From Phoronis australis (lineage: Eukaryota; Animalia; Phoronida): DNA of 64,000 nt. The stretch lies in NCBI GenBank assembly GCA_002633005.1, contig NMRA01000006.1, positions 1,508,442 through 1,572,441 on the forward strand, read 5' to 3'. Position numbers and translations under genes: made by a program. The notes under the pieces were generated by a model. The model searched no databases and was not told the DNA's origin. It saw only the letters and a list, made by a program, of their open reading frames with translations. Of the stretch, positions 45,921 to 60,600 are shown piece after piece (position 1 is the first letter of the stretch; each line of letters starts with the position of its first letter).

Positions 45921-48900
45921 ACAAATACTGTCGTGGTCGTGTGTACCATTGAGGTTGTGTACAGATGTGACTGCCAGTGCTCGCAATAGGAGTCGGACTG
46001 TCGGCTGTGCATTAGATGTGCATAGAATGTGCAGTTGTTGGTAAATGCATCGGAATGTGAACTGTTCATCAGTGTAGCATTTTTGAAATGACTGTAAATA
46101 TATAGGCCACAGACTTATGTGTGAACAGTTCACATTTCTTGACTCGTGAGACTGCTATGAATTTCATACTGTTTTGATTTTATCACTTGTAAGAAGGTCT
46201 GGTACAGGCTGCGAGCTCTAGGTGAACTGCTTGTACTGTAAGTGTGAGTGGACTTCTTTGCAGGATGACTGTACACGGACTGAACATACATCAAGGATAA
46301 TATGATTGGCCAATTACATGGCAGACTTTGCTGTTGGGCATTTGCTTGGTGATCATGGCCAACTGTTCAATGCACACTTATATATGCATCTCATTCATGA
46401 CAATCTGGTGGATAGGTGTTTGAAATGTCCAACTGCACTGTTTGCATAAATACTAAGTCTAAAAGACCATTGCCTTTAGCTCGGAACTGGGACCGGAATC
46501 AGCATTCTAGTCTTGAGCTAGTAGATTAGCAAGAGCTAGTAGACTAGCAAGATCTAGTATATAAAATCCGTTGGTAATTCCGGGAAGTGTTGGTTTCGAA
46601 ACTTTTTCACTGCTGAAGGCATCTCGTAAATATGTCTCTGTTATAGGAATCTTATGTCTGTAATAGTGTCGCTGAATGTGTGTGTATATATATTGCTCCG
46701 TGGGTGAAAGTTGTGTGCAATAGAGGGTTTACTAACAGTGTAATTCTTGCGTTTAAAAGGTCAAGCTCATGCTGAGGTCGCGCGTTGGAATTCTTTTAAC
46801 ATTGTTCTTTATGTGGTCTTTGAGGGAGCCACAGCCATGTTATGTGTATTATAACGTTCTTTTCTGTGCTTTTATTGAATTGCAAGACTTGTAAATAATA
46901 GGCCAGGGAGGAGTCAAAATATCTGTTGAGTGAGAAGTGGGATGGGAGCATTTTAATGCTTAAAAGCTCTAGTCACGAGAGCATGCTTCTTGGGTACATA
47001 GTCATGGTTATGTCAGAACAGTCATGGGCAATAGTCACTTACAGGGGTACCGGTTTTTGACAACCAGTTTGAGGCCCGTTATTCAGTGGGAAAACTGGTT
47101 CTCAAATTGGCGGGACCCCTGTTACTATTACCAAGCTGTGGGGGGAAGTTCGTGATCAAGAACACTTTTAGAATGTACACGCTCTGGACTTATGAGATAA
47201 ACCTCAGCCTATCGTTGTATGTTATGCGCTCAATACGGAATTGAAAAATATGTGTACCTTTTGTGAGGGAGTAGTTATGAAAGTGATGACGTTTTCAAAA
47301 CGTTCTTTAATACACCTTGGTGAGTCGACCAATCTCATATTTTGACGTAAGTGTAGTTTCCTGTGGGGTAAGTGGATCAACCATGCACAGTCCTGTTAAT
47401 TATAACGTTGGAATGGTTTTGCCTGGTATCTATATGCTGTACAGTGTTAAAATCTTTTAGTTGCTATGTTGGTCAATTTGTTCGCTGATTCGACTGTGTA
47501 ATATTTTGTTGTTTAGCTCCGTCTTATTAGTGTATATACCTATTTTGTGCTATCTGTCTATCTATATATAAATTTATTGTTGATAATTTGATCTCATGTG
47601 ACTGGCTTTATTGAACGTCGTACTAGTGATGTTTGAGAAAATCGCAAATTTTAACCGCAAACCAAACGCTACAGAAATCGACTACCTTTTTGCTATGAAT
47701 GTAGAGGCAAATCTTCGGCAAACTTGGTGAATTTGTGTCTTGACACAACCCAGTCTTCGCATCCTGTAGGCTTGCTTCCATGTTGGTTATCAGTATCGTG
47801 AAAATCGGTGCTCTGTATTTCGATAATGGCAAAACTAACGTCACTGCTCACCTACGCACACTGAGGTGGGCCCTATCTTCAGCGAAGTGTTGCAATCAGA
47901 CGAGTGTATGAATTTTTGCTTTGTTTTATTGTGTTCGGAATGGCGATTTCCAAATATAAACTATTCTAGACACGTTTTAGATAGTCTGATGTTCATGGCT
48001 GCCGTCGTTGTGTGTCTGCTCTCATGAATAGATGCAAAAATCAATCTGTGGGGTTTCAGGGTCGCGCTTACTGAACGAAACTCGGGCGCGTGCATAATGG
48101 CCGATTATTTTATATTAAATATGGGCGTGTCCAGTGGGAGAATTTTTCACATTTGCCTTCAACTCATGGTTACCTTCTTCAATGTTAATTAGTCGTGTTG
48201 GTCGGTCTAGCCATAGATTATAGCGAGATGCGCACGTTCGCCTCGTTCAGCATTGTCACGTGGGAAATGCTTTTTGTTCCAGATAGTGACTGATGTATCC
48301 GCGATTGGCGTTATTCTAGCACGTCCATTTTGCGGAAGACGGGCGATTAGGTCCTTGATTTTTTTACATGCACTTTGGTGGTTGAAGGTAATGTTCAGTG
48401 CCGGATTACTCGTAGCTTGGGCACCGCCTCCTCAGTCGTACTGTCCCGTCTTGCAAAACGTAACACTATGTTGGGTAAACATGATAACGACCGCAGGGTG
48501 TTTGACTGAGAGCCTTGAAATTGTGGGTCCTGGGAGGGGTGAACTTTTTGGTTTACCGTCGAGGGCTATTTTGAAGCGACGGGGTGTGACATTTTGACGA
48601 CTGGGAGTTGGCTCCACACCCCTAGGTAGCGCTAGTGTGTTTAATTAACCAGAACTAAAAAGCATTACGGGACACATAGTATGGGCGTAGGGAAGCGGAA
48701 GTCAGCGGGCACATGTCCCAAAATTAAGTCAACACTTCTGCGAGCAAATGTTATGCTATACGTTCTTACCCTGCCAGACTGTGCTTATCATTAGTAATTT
48801 CCAACCTTGCACATTTTTATTGCCCTGGCGTTAAGAACTTTGTGGGTATTGGCGTCCATAGGGTACTCCACCTGTACATAATTAACGTGCATGCGCTGCG

Positions 48901-51645
48901 TTGGCATGCGTTTGAAATGTGAACGATTGACTACAGCTAGAGTGTGGGGCTGCGCATCCTCGTAAGCTACTGATACGGCTGAAAGGAGCTTTGCATGCAA
49001 CGTTAAAATTGTTAGTTCGCCGAGAAGGTTTCCAATGCTTGGTTTCCTGGTTGTTTTGTAAAGTTTGTAAAAATACTGTAAGAAAGTGTAGAGTAGCGTG
49101 GTCGCCGCTTGGCGTCTCTGTGTGTTTATGATCACTGTGTATAAAGTTTAAAACGAAATAAATACATTCTACATTGCTCCTTTTAGTTTCAAGTACCTTC
49201 ACTGCATAACGGTTTTCAGTTCTTGGACGTTTCGAAATATCTGCACGAACATTATATATGGCTCGATCCATGCTCATTTTGAATGGTTTACTTGAAACCC
49301 AGGGTAAAATGGAACTAACAATGGTAGCTTAGACCACAGGCGTCCTCAGATCGTCCCCAATACACTATATATAATACTACAAGGTATGAGTGAGACTCCG
49401 GACTAGAAATTCCACGGGTGCTTCACTTCAGCCGCCCATAACAAACATAAAACTCAATAAATTTACATAAAACAGAAGTTCAACAAACCATGAAGAATTG
49501 TTCTTTCTCCCAATGCCATTTATGGTGTCCTGCTCCACCAAGTTCGCAAGAAATTCGCGGTCAAAACACAGAAATCGTCCCAAAAAGCTCGTCCGGAGCA
49601 ACTCATTGGTCCCACGCGCAGGGTACGGAATTATCCAAGGAGTTGCGGATGAACGGCAATTTGCCTTGATGTATAGTGCGTATTGAGAGGGCGCTCCTCG
49701 CTCGTGCAGACGCCTCAGTCCGCCGGGCTTCAACAATACAACGCTAACACTATTGTTGACTGGCGTGTCGTTTTTATATGAAGTATGCATTTCAGTTCGT
49801 CCTTTCTGGAGTTAAATGGAAACCTTATTTATGTTTTGAAGCCAAATAATGTCCTGTAGCCCTCGACAACTCTAAAAAAATTGAGAGAAGTACATTTTTG
49901 AAAACTCGAACTCTGCAAAACGGACGTAAGCTTTGGCGAATTTCACGCTTGTAGGAAAAGACCACCCACCAAGGACTATAATATTTAACCTGTAACTTGG
50001 GGAGTATAAATTTTTAATTGATTCCTGCCTTGTCCTTGGAGGATCGACGCCAATGATGCATTAGAAGGTGTCGTGCACATACCGAGGATTGGTGGAAATC
50101 CGATCACGGATTTCTTAACCCCGTGGTCGGTTTGGCGATTACATAACCAGGTCTTCGGAATTTCCTCTTTTATCCTCTCCGTTTCATCATTTCTTGCAGT
50201 TAATTTTACAATTCAAAAAAAATTCTATCACATAAACCTATTTGTAGAACGATAGGTCACCTGGAAAATTTTCCTCGTCCATTTCAAGCCTCGATTCTCA
50301 AGACAAATGCGTTACATCCTCTTAATTGGATATACGCTATTTCAATGAGATGGAAGGTTCAGCATTGCCTAAATAGACCACATGTACGTATTAGCAAAGC
50401 AATCGACCAGTTGTAGGGCAAGACAGGAAAACGTGAAATAAAGAGCAAATTACAGGGTCTTGTGTCCGCAGAAAACTTAATGGAGATTGCTGAGATATTG
50501 GTGAACAGATTCAAGGCGACAGTTGACAGAACAGTGAGAGTGTAATGATAGTGGCCAACAGACAGAGGGACAGGGAACGATAAAAATGCAAATAAACATC
50601 ATGATGAACTGTCTGCCCGCAAATATATATCCATCAACATGGGGAAAGGTCAATTGACAGGCTCCGACATCCTGTTCAAATTGTGTGTGCCATGGATCCT
50701 GGATCCGCCAGTGCAATGCATGTAAATATTTTATAAACGAGTTACTTGTCTAGTGGAGGTCGGAAAGGACATTCAGAAAAGAAAGTCTGCCATTCCCGTC
50801 GCTACGATGTCTAGTCGGAAAGTTTTTTAAAATGTTAAAAACATAACTGGGGTTCAACCAGTGGCACGGTAAGCCTATGAATGCCGAAAAAAATTTGTGG
50901 TCACTGCAATGCTCGAAACAATTTGTTTCCGAGTCATTCAAGACTGGGTCTTGGTCATGGCAAATTAGCTCCGTACGCGTATGGGATTTCAGTGGAACCA
51001 GAACCTAGGCCACTCATAGTTTGTACGGCGGGTTCCCCAGTTCAATGAATGATGGAATAACTTTTTCCAGTCTTACCGGAACATATTTGTGCCAAGTTGT
51101 TCTCACGGTTGCCACCACCATAGACTCAAGTGACCCTCCGCGTCTCGCCAATATCCGATGATACGTTTTTAGTTGGAATGCCAATTTTCACGGGGCCGAC
51201 GAGCGGCTTGTCCGGTGTGTACACCGATGGAGTATGCTATGCGCTGATCAAGGCGAACATTCATTTGACTGTTTTTCAGAAATTACCTATGAGGCAGACC
51301 GTGAATTAGAACATGTTTTGTTTCCTGCCTACACCTATAACCTACTGGTGGGTTCCGTTTCGCTGGCGGCACAGCCGTACTGCATGACTCAGTTCTGCTA
51401 CTCCGGGGAACTTAACACAAATCACCGTTCGGTGCAATGCGCATCTACACTCGTGCTTTGCGCAAATTTTTACAGACAAGATGTTGCCCCCCCTCTTGTG
51501 ATATCCTAGATCCGCCACTGAGAAATTTTGACGAAGTCCTCCCGCATTCGCCCCTCAAAATGCAAAAGCCGGTGGCCACCAACCTCATTGGCAGCCACCG
51601 GGTACTCCGCCACTAGGTGCCGCTTTATCATACTCAAAATCAATC

Positions 51646-54600
51646 ATGGCTGCCGTACTGAAGTGTTTACGGAAAATTGGAGTGTTCACAAAAACTGCTT
51701 CAAACACTATAAAATTTTCCCGGTCGGTTGGCTCATTCTATCCTATCAATGATGACATGCATGGCTTAACAGATCATCACAAGCAGGTTTGTTTTTTACT
51801 CTGCTTAGTTAAAATATCTGAAAGCAAGCCCTCTGTCTGGCTCTGGTTATTAGGCCTAGAGCCGCCTAGATCAACTTCAGAAGTTCAGTCTTCAGACTAG
51901 TCTTCAACTTCAAGTTCAAGCCCAAGGAGGCTAGTCGTAGTTGATCTGCCCTGAGCGCTTTCCTGTATGGCAGTTCTCATAAGTAACTTTCCAACCTATA
52001 GTTATAATCGGAAACTGGCGATAACGTTTGAGTGAAAATACACTGAAAGCTAGAAAGCACAATCGATAGTCATAGATTTCAAACTTGTCTCGTTAGATAA
52101 ATTTTCTTTAGCACTCCACATCACAGTGTTAACTTCGAACCACGTGAGGGTTTGACTTTAAAGGACTTTATTATTCACTGGTGCAGTAACTGTGAATCTA
52201 CAATACGAGAAAACAAAGCAGACTAAGACTTATAAGACTAAGATTAAATTCACAAAATTAAAGAAATGTAATAAGACCACTTTGAGTAAATATCAAATAC
52301 CTATAAAATATATCAGTGTAGGACTACACTAGACTATGCATAATAGCAAGCTATCCGCGATAATATAATACTGGAAGTTATGTGTCAATTTTTGAAATAG
52401 ACCACTTTAAAACACATCATGTAAAACTCACAACTTTAGCCCCAATGACTTGTTCACACGAAGATATTCAGGGATCATCTTAACCTAAATAATGCAAACA
52501 CCGAATGTAAGTATTATGACCACTACAGAATAAAATGGCTTGTGGGCAACACCCCCTTAGTACTAAACAAAATGCAACACAACAGAACATGAACTGTAAC
52601 GCATAGGAACACAGGGAAAATACAGATATAATCAGCAAATAGGGACTGTCTCCTACAGTCAATTAAATGTGCTATTTTACAAAAACAACACACTTGGAGC
52701 CTTAAACCAAAGGAATAGCGAGATCCCAAGCTTAACAAGCACTAAACATGGTATAAGTGCCAAACCTAGCAAAATAATGATTTACCTCAAATAGGGCAAT
52801 TCCGTGAAAAGGTCAACCTCTAGACAAAATATTAAAATTGTGACTACACTAACTTTTTTGGTCTCATCGGAAAGCCCATTCTCTCTAGTTTTAGGACCCA
52901 TATTTGACTGTCCTATAACTTTAAATGTTTTGCCTAAATGGACCCATTTTTAGGGGTCAGTTGACCCTAAAAAATTAGCTTGATTTTCATGTGTGTTGCT
53001 TATTATTGTCATAAAAAGGTAATTATGGGTATTTCACTATACTATCAGTTTTGTGCAATCAGATGAACCCCAAACTTTATAAAAAATAACATTTCAACTT
53101 TGGCACATCATCGACCTCATGGGGTCAAAGGTCAACTCCTGGATATTGTGGTGCCGTACATCCATCACAAAAAAGTGTTAAAAAGTTTAGTTACGTTAAA
53201 AGTTTTCAATCAAAATTAAAATAATTTCTGATTCTCTTTTAACTTGTTACTCAATACTATTGACAAAAATTTTANATTCTTGACACGAATTCTATATAAA
53301 GCTGGTGAAATGACTTCAGTGATAATACCAGGTCCCCTCCAAGGAGACGATAACTTCTTACATTTATGCTTTGCTGAAGCTGAGTCAAAGATAAACACCA
53401 GATCGCCTGTTCGAAAAACACGTTTAAATATAGTAAGGTCATAATCTTTCTTCATAGAAGACTAAGTAACTTTCCAACCTATAGTTGTAATCGGAAACTG
53501 GCGATAACGTTTGAGTGAAAATACACTGAAAGCTAGAAAGCACAATCGATAGTCACTCATAGATTTCAAACTTGTCTCGTTAGATAAATTTTCTTTAGCA
53601 CTCCACATCACAGTGTTAACTTCGAGCCACGTGAGGGTTTGACTTCAAAGGACTTTATTATTCACTGGTGCAGTAACTGTGAATCTACAATACGAGAAAA
53701 CAAAGCAGACTAAGACTTATATTAAGAGTCTTATTACAGTAATAAGACTACTTTGAGTAAATATCAAATACCTATAAAATATATCAGTGTAGGACTACAC
53801 TAGACTATGCATAATAGCAAGCTATACGCGATAATATAATACTGGAAGTTATGTGTCAATTTTTGAAATAGACCACTTTAAAACACATTATGTAAAACTC
53901 ACAACTTTAGCCCCAATGACTCGTTCACACGAAGATATTCAGGGATCGTCTTAACCTAAATAATGCAAACACCGAATGTAAGTATTATGACCACTACAGA
54001 ATAAAATGGCTTGTGGGCAACACCCCCTTAGTACTAAACAAAATACAACACAACAGAACATGAGCTGTAACGCATAGGAACACAGGGAAAATACAGATAT
54101 AGTCAGCAAATAGGGACTGTCTCCTACAGTCAATTAAATGTGCTATTTTACAAAAACAACACACTTGGAGCCTTAAACCAAAGGAATAGCAAGATCCCAA
54201 GCTTAACAAGCACTAAACATGGTATAAGTGCCAAACCTAGCAAAATAATGATTTACCTCAAATAGGGCAATTCCGTGAAAAGGTCAACCTCTATACAAAA
54301 TATTAAAATTGTGACTACACTAACTTTTTTGGTCTCATCGGAAAGCCCATTCTCTCTAGTTTTAGGACCCATATTTGACTGTCCTATAACTAAATGTTTT
54401 GCCTAAATGGACCCATTTTTAGGGGTCAGTTGACCCTAAAAAATTAGCTTGATTTTCATGTGTGTTGCTTATTATTGTCATAAAAAGGTAATTATGGGTA
54501 TTTCACTATACTATCAGTTTTGTGCAATCAGATGAACCCCAAACTTTATAAAAAATAACATTTCAACTTTGGCACATCATCGACCTCATGGGGTCAAAGG

Positions 54601-57600
54601 TCAACTCCTGGATATTGTGGTGCCGTACATCCATCACAAAAAAGTGTTAAAAAGTTTAGTTACGTTAAAAGTTTTCAATCAAAATTAAAATAATTTCTGA
54701 TTCTCTTTTAACTTGTTACTCAATACTATTGACAAAAATTTTANACCAAACAGGTATTACAGATATTACAGATATTGGTTGAACGATGAGTGCACTGTTT
54801 TTGGTCATCTCAAGTCAAATTCTGTTATAAAGTTTATTATATCAACTTCACTAGCTTTATATTCTGTACAATGAGTCATCAAAGCTGCAGTTACCAACAA
54901 AAGAAAAATGCACAGATGATGTGTGGTTTATATTTTGGCAACAGGTGTCACTGCTGCTCCATTTTAGACGCACATACAAAAGCATGAAACGGGCGAAAAC
55001 TCAAACATTTTAAATGGGGACATTCTTGCTCCACATCATATTATTAAAATAATGACATTTATTTCGCTTTTGGTGTTTTCAAAAAAAGATGAAGTAGATG
55101 AAACTACAGCTCTGAAACACCAGTTTGGAGTTGAGCAAGGTCCGTGTCCCTATATAAAGTACAGAATTGCGGTGGCGCATGAGTCTACTGAAAGCAGACA
55201 CTCTGGCAACCAAACACGTGCTAATGATTGACAGGTCTACCAAATAGGTATAAAATAGTTTGAACATTGCAACATTTGAAATACATTGTATATTTCTTTC
55301 TGAGTTGAAAGGGCCAACTTCTCTCTTTGATTAACTGGGAGTCTTAGTAATCTTACAATGTGGGTGTACAAACTGGAGAAATTCTGATTGACAGGGCGTC
55401 CAAATGATACATTGGGCGTCCTTGCCAGGGCGTCTACATTAGTGCTAGGGCGTCCATTTAGGGCGTCCAAATGGACGCCCAGGACCTACGCTGCATGAAG
55501 GCCTGATCATCGACCTCATGGGGTCAAAGGTCAACTCCTGGATATTGTGGTGCCGTACATCCATCACAAAAAAGTGTTAAAAAGTTTAGTTACGTTAAAA
55601 GTTTTCAATCAAAATTAAAATAATTTCTGATTCTCTTTTAACTTGTTACTCAATACTATTGACAAAAATTTTAAATCCCAGGGATAATTCGTTAAGTCAG
55701 AAATTGCGTGACAGACATATAGTAAATTTGTACATCCATCACGTACGTAAGTCACACCCATCAAATAACAATTTTTCAGCAAATAAAAGTAACCTGAGGT
55801 CATATTTTTACTTTCTAAACTTGCAGAAGTTAAAATGTATCACACACCTAAGAAATTAAAAACAATACAATAATACAAAGGCAGCTTTAAAATTATGTGA
55901 ATAAGTTGCTACAGATTTAAACTAAATGCATCGGATTTTTTCAATTTCAAAAGTATTTGCAGAAAAGTTATAGTTTGCAATGTCATCTAGTAAATCTTAG
56001 TAAAATTCAACTTATTAAAATCAGACAGTTGACCCACATTATAAAATGTGAATAAAACAAAATGCTAATTTAATGAACTTATTGTTTATCTGTTGTTACC
56101 CCGTGTTTGTAAAGAAATGCTTAGCTTTTGGGAAATTCAAGATTCAAAAATCTTCATACAAAAGAAATCCTAAGGTGCTCTAGAGTATAAATAACAAGAG
56201 ATCTAAAGGAATACATGTCAAGTTGCTACTGTGCTGGAATTAACATGTTATTTCTGCCCTTACCTGCTATGCTGTGTTGGGTGTTGAAAAAGCCTATACT
56301 GGGCATTTTTAAGCGGTAGGAACCTTTCACCTACTTTATTGGGGATTTTTGTCACAGCCTCACTGATTTGTTTTTCAGTGTATTGGGTCATTGGGTGGCT
56401 GGTATGAAATGGTTCAAAGCAAATGATTACATTGTCTCATCTTACATATTTTTGATCCCTCAATCTTTTTAAGAATAAGACTAATTTTTTTTTGTGCTGA
56501 GCTTCTAGGAGATTGAATCGGCATTTAGAAACGATAGAAGAAATTGTTGGAGACCAAAACAATTAAAATGTGTTTTTATGACAGAGGTTAGTATTCTTTT
56601 AAAATTTTATTTCCAATTTTATATTTTGACAGTCACATTTACTTATTGATTTTGAATTAGTATTCTATTTAACTCATAAAAACAGGTTTTTACTGGTAAC
56701 TAGTAGTTGTCAAATACAAAATGATTATCACTCTCATTTCCACGTGGCTTACCATCTTCAAAGGAAAGTGAAGATTTTAGGGTAGTTTTATATCTTAATC
56801 AAATGGATTGAAAAGTTAAAATCTTAGAGTACATTTCTAGCATAGGCCTACCTGTGATGATATCGTATGAAAGGTCAATTGGTACATTTTAATTAAAAAA
56901 ATGAATCAATAGCTTAAATACTGCAAAAGCTTGAATAATTTTAAGTTAATATCTTAGTCACAACAAACAATTTAATACTAAAAATTCAGACCATACGTCC
57001 ATCACGTACGTCCGTCACACTAACTCAACTTCTATCGAGCTGTCTGACAAAAATTTCTTGAAAGATATTATCAAAAAAATTAGTGTGTTGTACTTTGCAA
57101 ACATTCCACTATATCATCATACAAAACAAAAAACTGTAACTTAATGCAACTCACAGAAAATTCACGTTAAAAATTTTTTTTTAAAAATTCAAATTCTCTG
57201 CAAACGTCCATCACGCCCCTTTAAAAGCAATTTTCTCAGTCAGATTAAAAGATAGGGGAAAAGTTGATACATGCTTTGAAAGCTGTCAATGAGACCTATC
57301 AAGTGATTTATTAATTATTTTCTTAGGATGAACATTTTTTTCACAATTGACCAAAATGTTCTGTGATTGCACCTCCGTCACAAATGGAATTCTCACATCA
57401 ATTTATGTGTAGATGACACTTGATTTTACCTAGATTGACCTTGATTATGTTACCAGAAATACAGCCCTTGAATGGTGTTAGACAAGATGGCTGTCAAAAA
57501 GAAAGACACCATCCCAAGATGCTTGAGGGCAAAACAAGAGATGACTGTAATTACATAATACATCTGGCTGGTGGTTCACCAGACTTGCATAACATGTAGG

Positions 57601-60600
57601 CCATGAGCCATAGCTCCAGTCTTTTCATCCTGTGTCCATGTCAGGGGGGCAACTTGATTTTTTTGTATGGATAGGTATTAAGCAATTGATACCTGAGAAG
57701 TTCCCACATTTTAAGTTGCACATTTTTGTAGAAAAACAGTTTTTGTGAGTCCAAAAGTTACATTATTGAACAAGAGGTGGCGCTAAATCCAACAAAAGAC
57801 TAACACAAGATGGCATCTGAAGCCAATCACAAGCTCAGAAATTAAAAGCGAAGGCAACCTTTTTTCGTGTCATTTTTAGCAAAAATGAGGTTCGTCGATT
57901 ATCCCAGACATATTTTTCACTTTACTGCTTTTCGTAATTTAATTAATTATTCGTCGTCTACTCCGGAAGTGACGTTTTGGGAGGCAAGAATTTCGCGCCA
58001 ATTTCTTTTCATATAGTCTGACTGTGAGAGCAGTCGACTCAGTCATTGTTCTACCTCGGTAGTGATAAGTTCAGTTGTCGTTTGCTTTTGCTTACGAGTC
58101 AGTCAACATGCCACGCTGTTGCTGCGTACTGGGGTGTACTCATTATCGTCTCACGTACAGAGGAAGAACTGTCCCCTGCCACTTGCCAGAGTGTCCCGCG
58201 ACACACTCCCACTGGAGGGTGATGTGAGCACCCAAACTGCTTAGATCCCGCCATGTGACTCCCTCGCCACACACCTGGCACCTTCTAAATAGCTCCAATA
58301 CAAGTCCTCAATAAACTTATCAAACTTAGGCTCACCGATCTGTTCATTGGATGACGAACTGTCCTCTTCACTGGGTGTCGAACTGTGCCTGTATTCACTC
58401 CCACTACTCAACATCGCTGCAGGGCTGCTTACAGGCTCTGGGCTAGAGACAACAGCACAGGGCGAATCACTGCTAATTCCCAGAATTGCACGCCATGGGG
58501 TAGGTTCGGAGGCACGGGTGACAGTAGATGAAGTGCCTCCAGTCACTGTATATAGTGGCCACAGCTCGCAAGGCTTCTCGCTTCAAAACCGCACTTCTTG
58601 GGGTTGGCGACGGAGCACTGCTGGGAATCAACAGCAACGGTATGGTACCCTTCTTCAGGAGTTGTTTCGCAGGGACCTTCATCAATTCAGCTTACATATC
58701 TCTGCCGTAATCTGACGGAAGTGCTTGCCACACACTCGGTAACGGGCACGGGTAGCGCTGCGTTCTTCACATGAACGAGCTAGCCAAGTACGGCGAAGTG
58801 TGTCACCCTTCCGAAAGCGACGCAAGGTACCCAAAGCGCGTGTGAGACGATGATGAGTACATCCCGGCACGCAGCAACAGCGCCGTGGCATGTTGACTGA
58901 CTTGTAAACAAAAGCAAACGACGACCGAACTTATCACAACCGAGGTAGAACAAGAGTGACTCGACAGCCCTCACAGTCAGACTATAATGAAAAGAAATTG
59001 GCGTGAAAGTTTGGCCTCCCAAAACGTCACTTCCGGTGTAGAGGACGAGAAATTAATCAAAATACGAAAAGCTATAATTAAGTGAAAAATGTGACTGGGA
59101 TAATCAACGAACCTTATTTTTTGCTTAAAGTGACATGAAGAAAGGTTACCTTCGCCTTTAAGTAACTGCAGACCTAATCTAACATGGCAGCTCCCTTAGA
59201 AGATGCTGTCAGTGATTGCTGCATACACTTTTAAGCAGTAAGTTCATCTGATCTGTTGAGTTTCTTGAAACTGACATGGGCAAAAAGCATTGACTGTGTG
59301 AAGGAATGACTTTCCCTTGGAGATAAAGACAGAAATGAGCACAATGTGTGTCACCAGTTGGCATTTGCATCAAGTAAATTGGCGTGGGCTCCAGGCAGTA
59401 GTATCGCAAATCATGTTTTATCAGCTTACTGATGTTACAAAGATTGAAAGAGCAAAGAGGAAAGATTGCGAAACTAAAAAGTATGCTGAGAACAGAACCA
59501 CCTGATTACGACCAAGAGAAAGATGAGTGTTAATATTTTTCTGGTATAGTGTGATAAATTGACGAAAGTCAGTCAGTGACAGCTGTGTAGTCAGTGGTGA
59601 CAATGGGAAACAGGTCACTTCAAGTTCAAACCCAAGTCAACTCGTACCCAAGTCAAATTTCAAAAGTATTTCAAAACTATTTTATTTGGCAAAAGCAGTG
59701 ATTAAAATCAATGATGGGCTAATAATTTTTACACACAGGGATGTCTTTGTCTTGATGGCTTAAGTGAGTCATCCACAGATAAAAAGAACATTCTTTGTTA
59801 TTGTTGCATTATTGTACCAATCGAAATTTAGACTGCGAATATTGCACACACTTAAGTATTCTGCCCCTATGTACAATATTAAAAATCTACAACGGATGTC
59901 GAACCCCAACCCTTTTTGTTAATGATCTTGTTATTGGGAATACTCAACCGATTTACTTGATAAAATGAACTATGCTAAACAATATTTATGGAAACAATTA
60001 CAGGGTGATATTATTGACACATGAATACAGTTGTAAAACTGCTGTTATCTTCCTTTACTTCATCTTTTGTTGAATATCTGAATGTAATTACACTGGACCA
60101 AAAAGTCATTACCCTGGCTGTAAGAAAACAACTCTGAACAGATAAATTGGTCATGTAATCTGTACTATACTGGTGATAGGTTTGAATTGATTAATTGTAA
60201 GTAACGGATCACAGAACATCAGAAACTACAAAGTTTGCTGACCGGTAGACAGTGACCATTGTCCGCAGCTGGCCAGTAGAGACGCTGAAACTTTTTGACG
60301 AATTATGCCTCACACTGATTGAAAATCAAAGTTATGTTATAGGTTCCTTTTGCGCATAGAGGGACATCTTATGAGGCTGTCGGTGTCTTTAATTACTTGC
60401 AATCTAACAAATACTCCTGTAATAAAACGTTTTCTTCAAGCAATCCTTCGTTTAGTTGCCCGAATGGGCACCTGGCCATTTTTAAGACTGTGCGCGCCAG
60501 GTGCTATGACATTATATCTCCTGGAGCTTCACCACCTCTACTGGCCAGCTAGAGACGGTGGTCACCGTCTAATTGACATGTAGCCAACTAGCTAGCTGTA

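Noticed and set aside
48250-49800. Several 100-130 aa ORFs between CK1 and IVD
   Set aside because: They overlap on both strands with no domain signature or exon structure; probably intergenic or repeat-derived.
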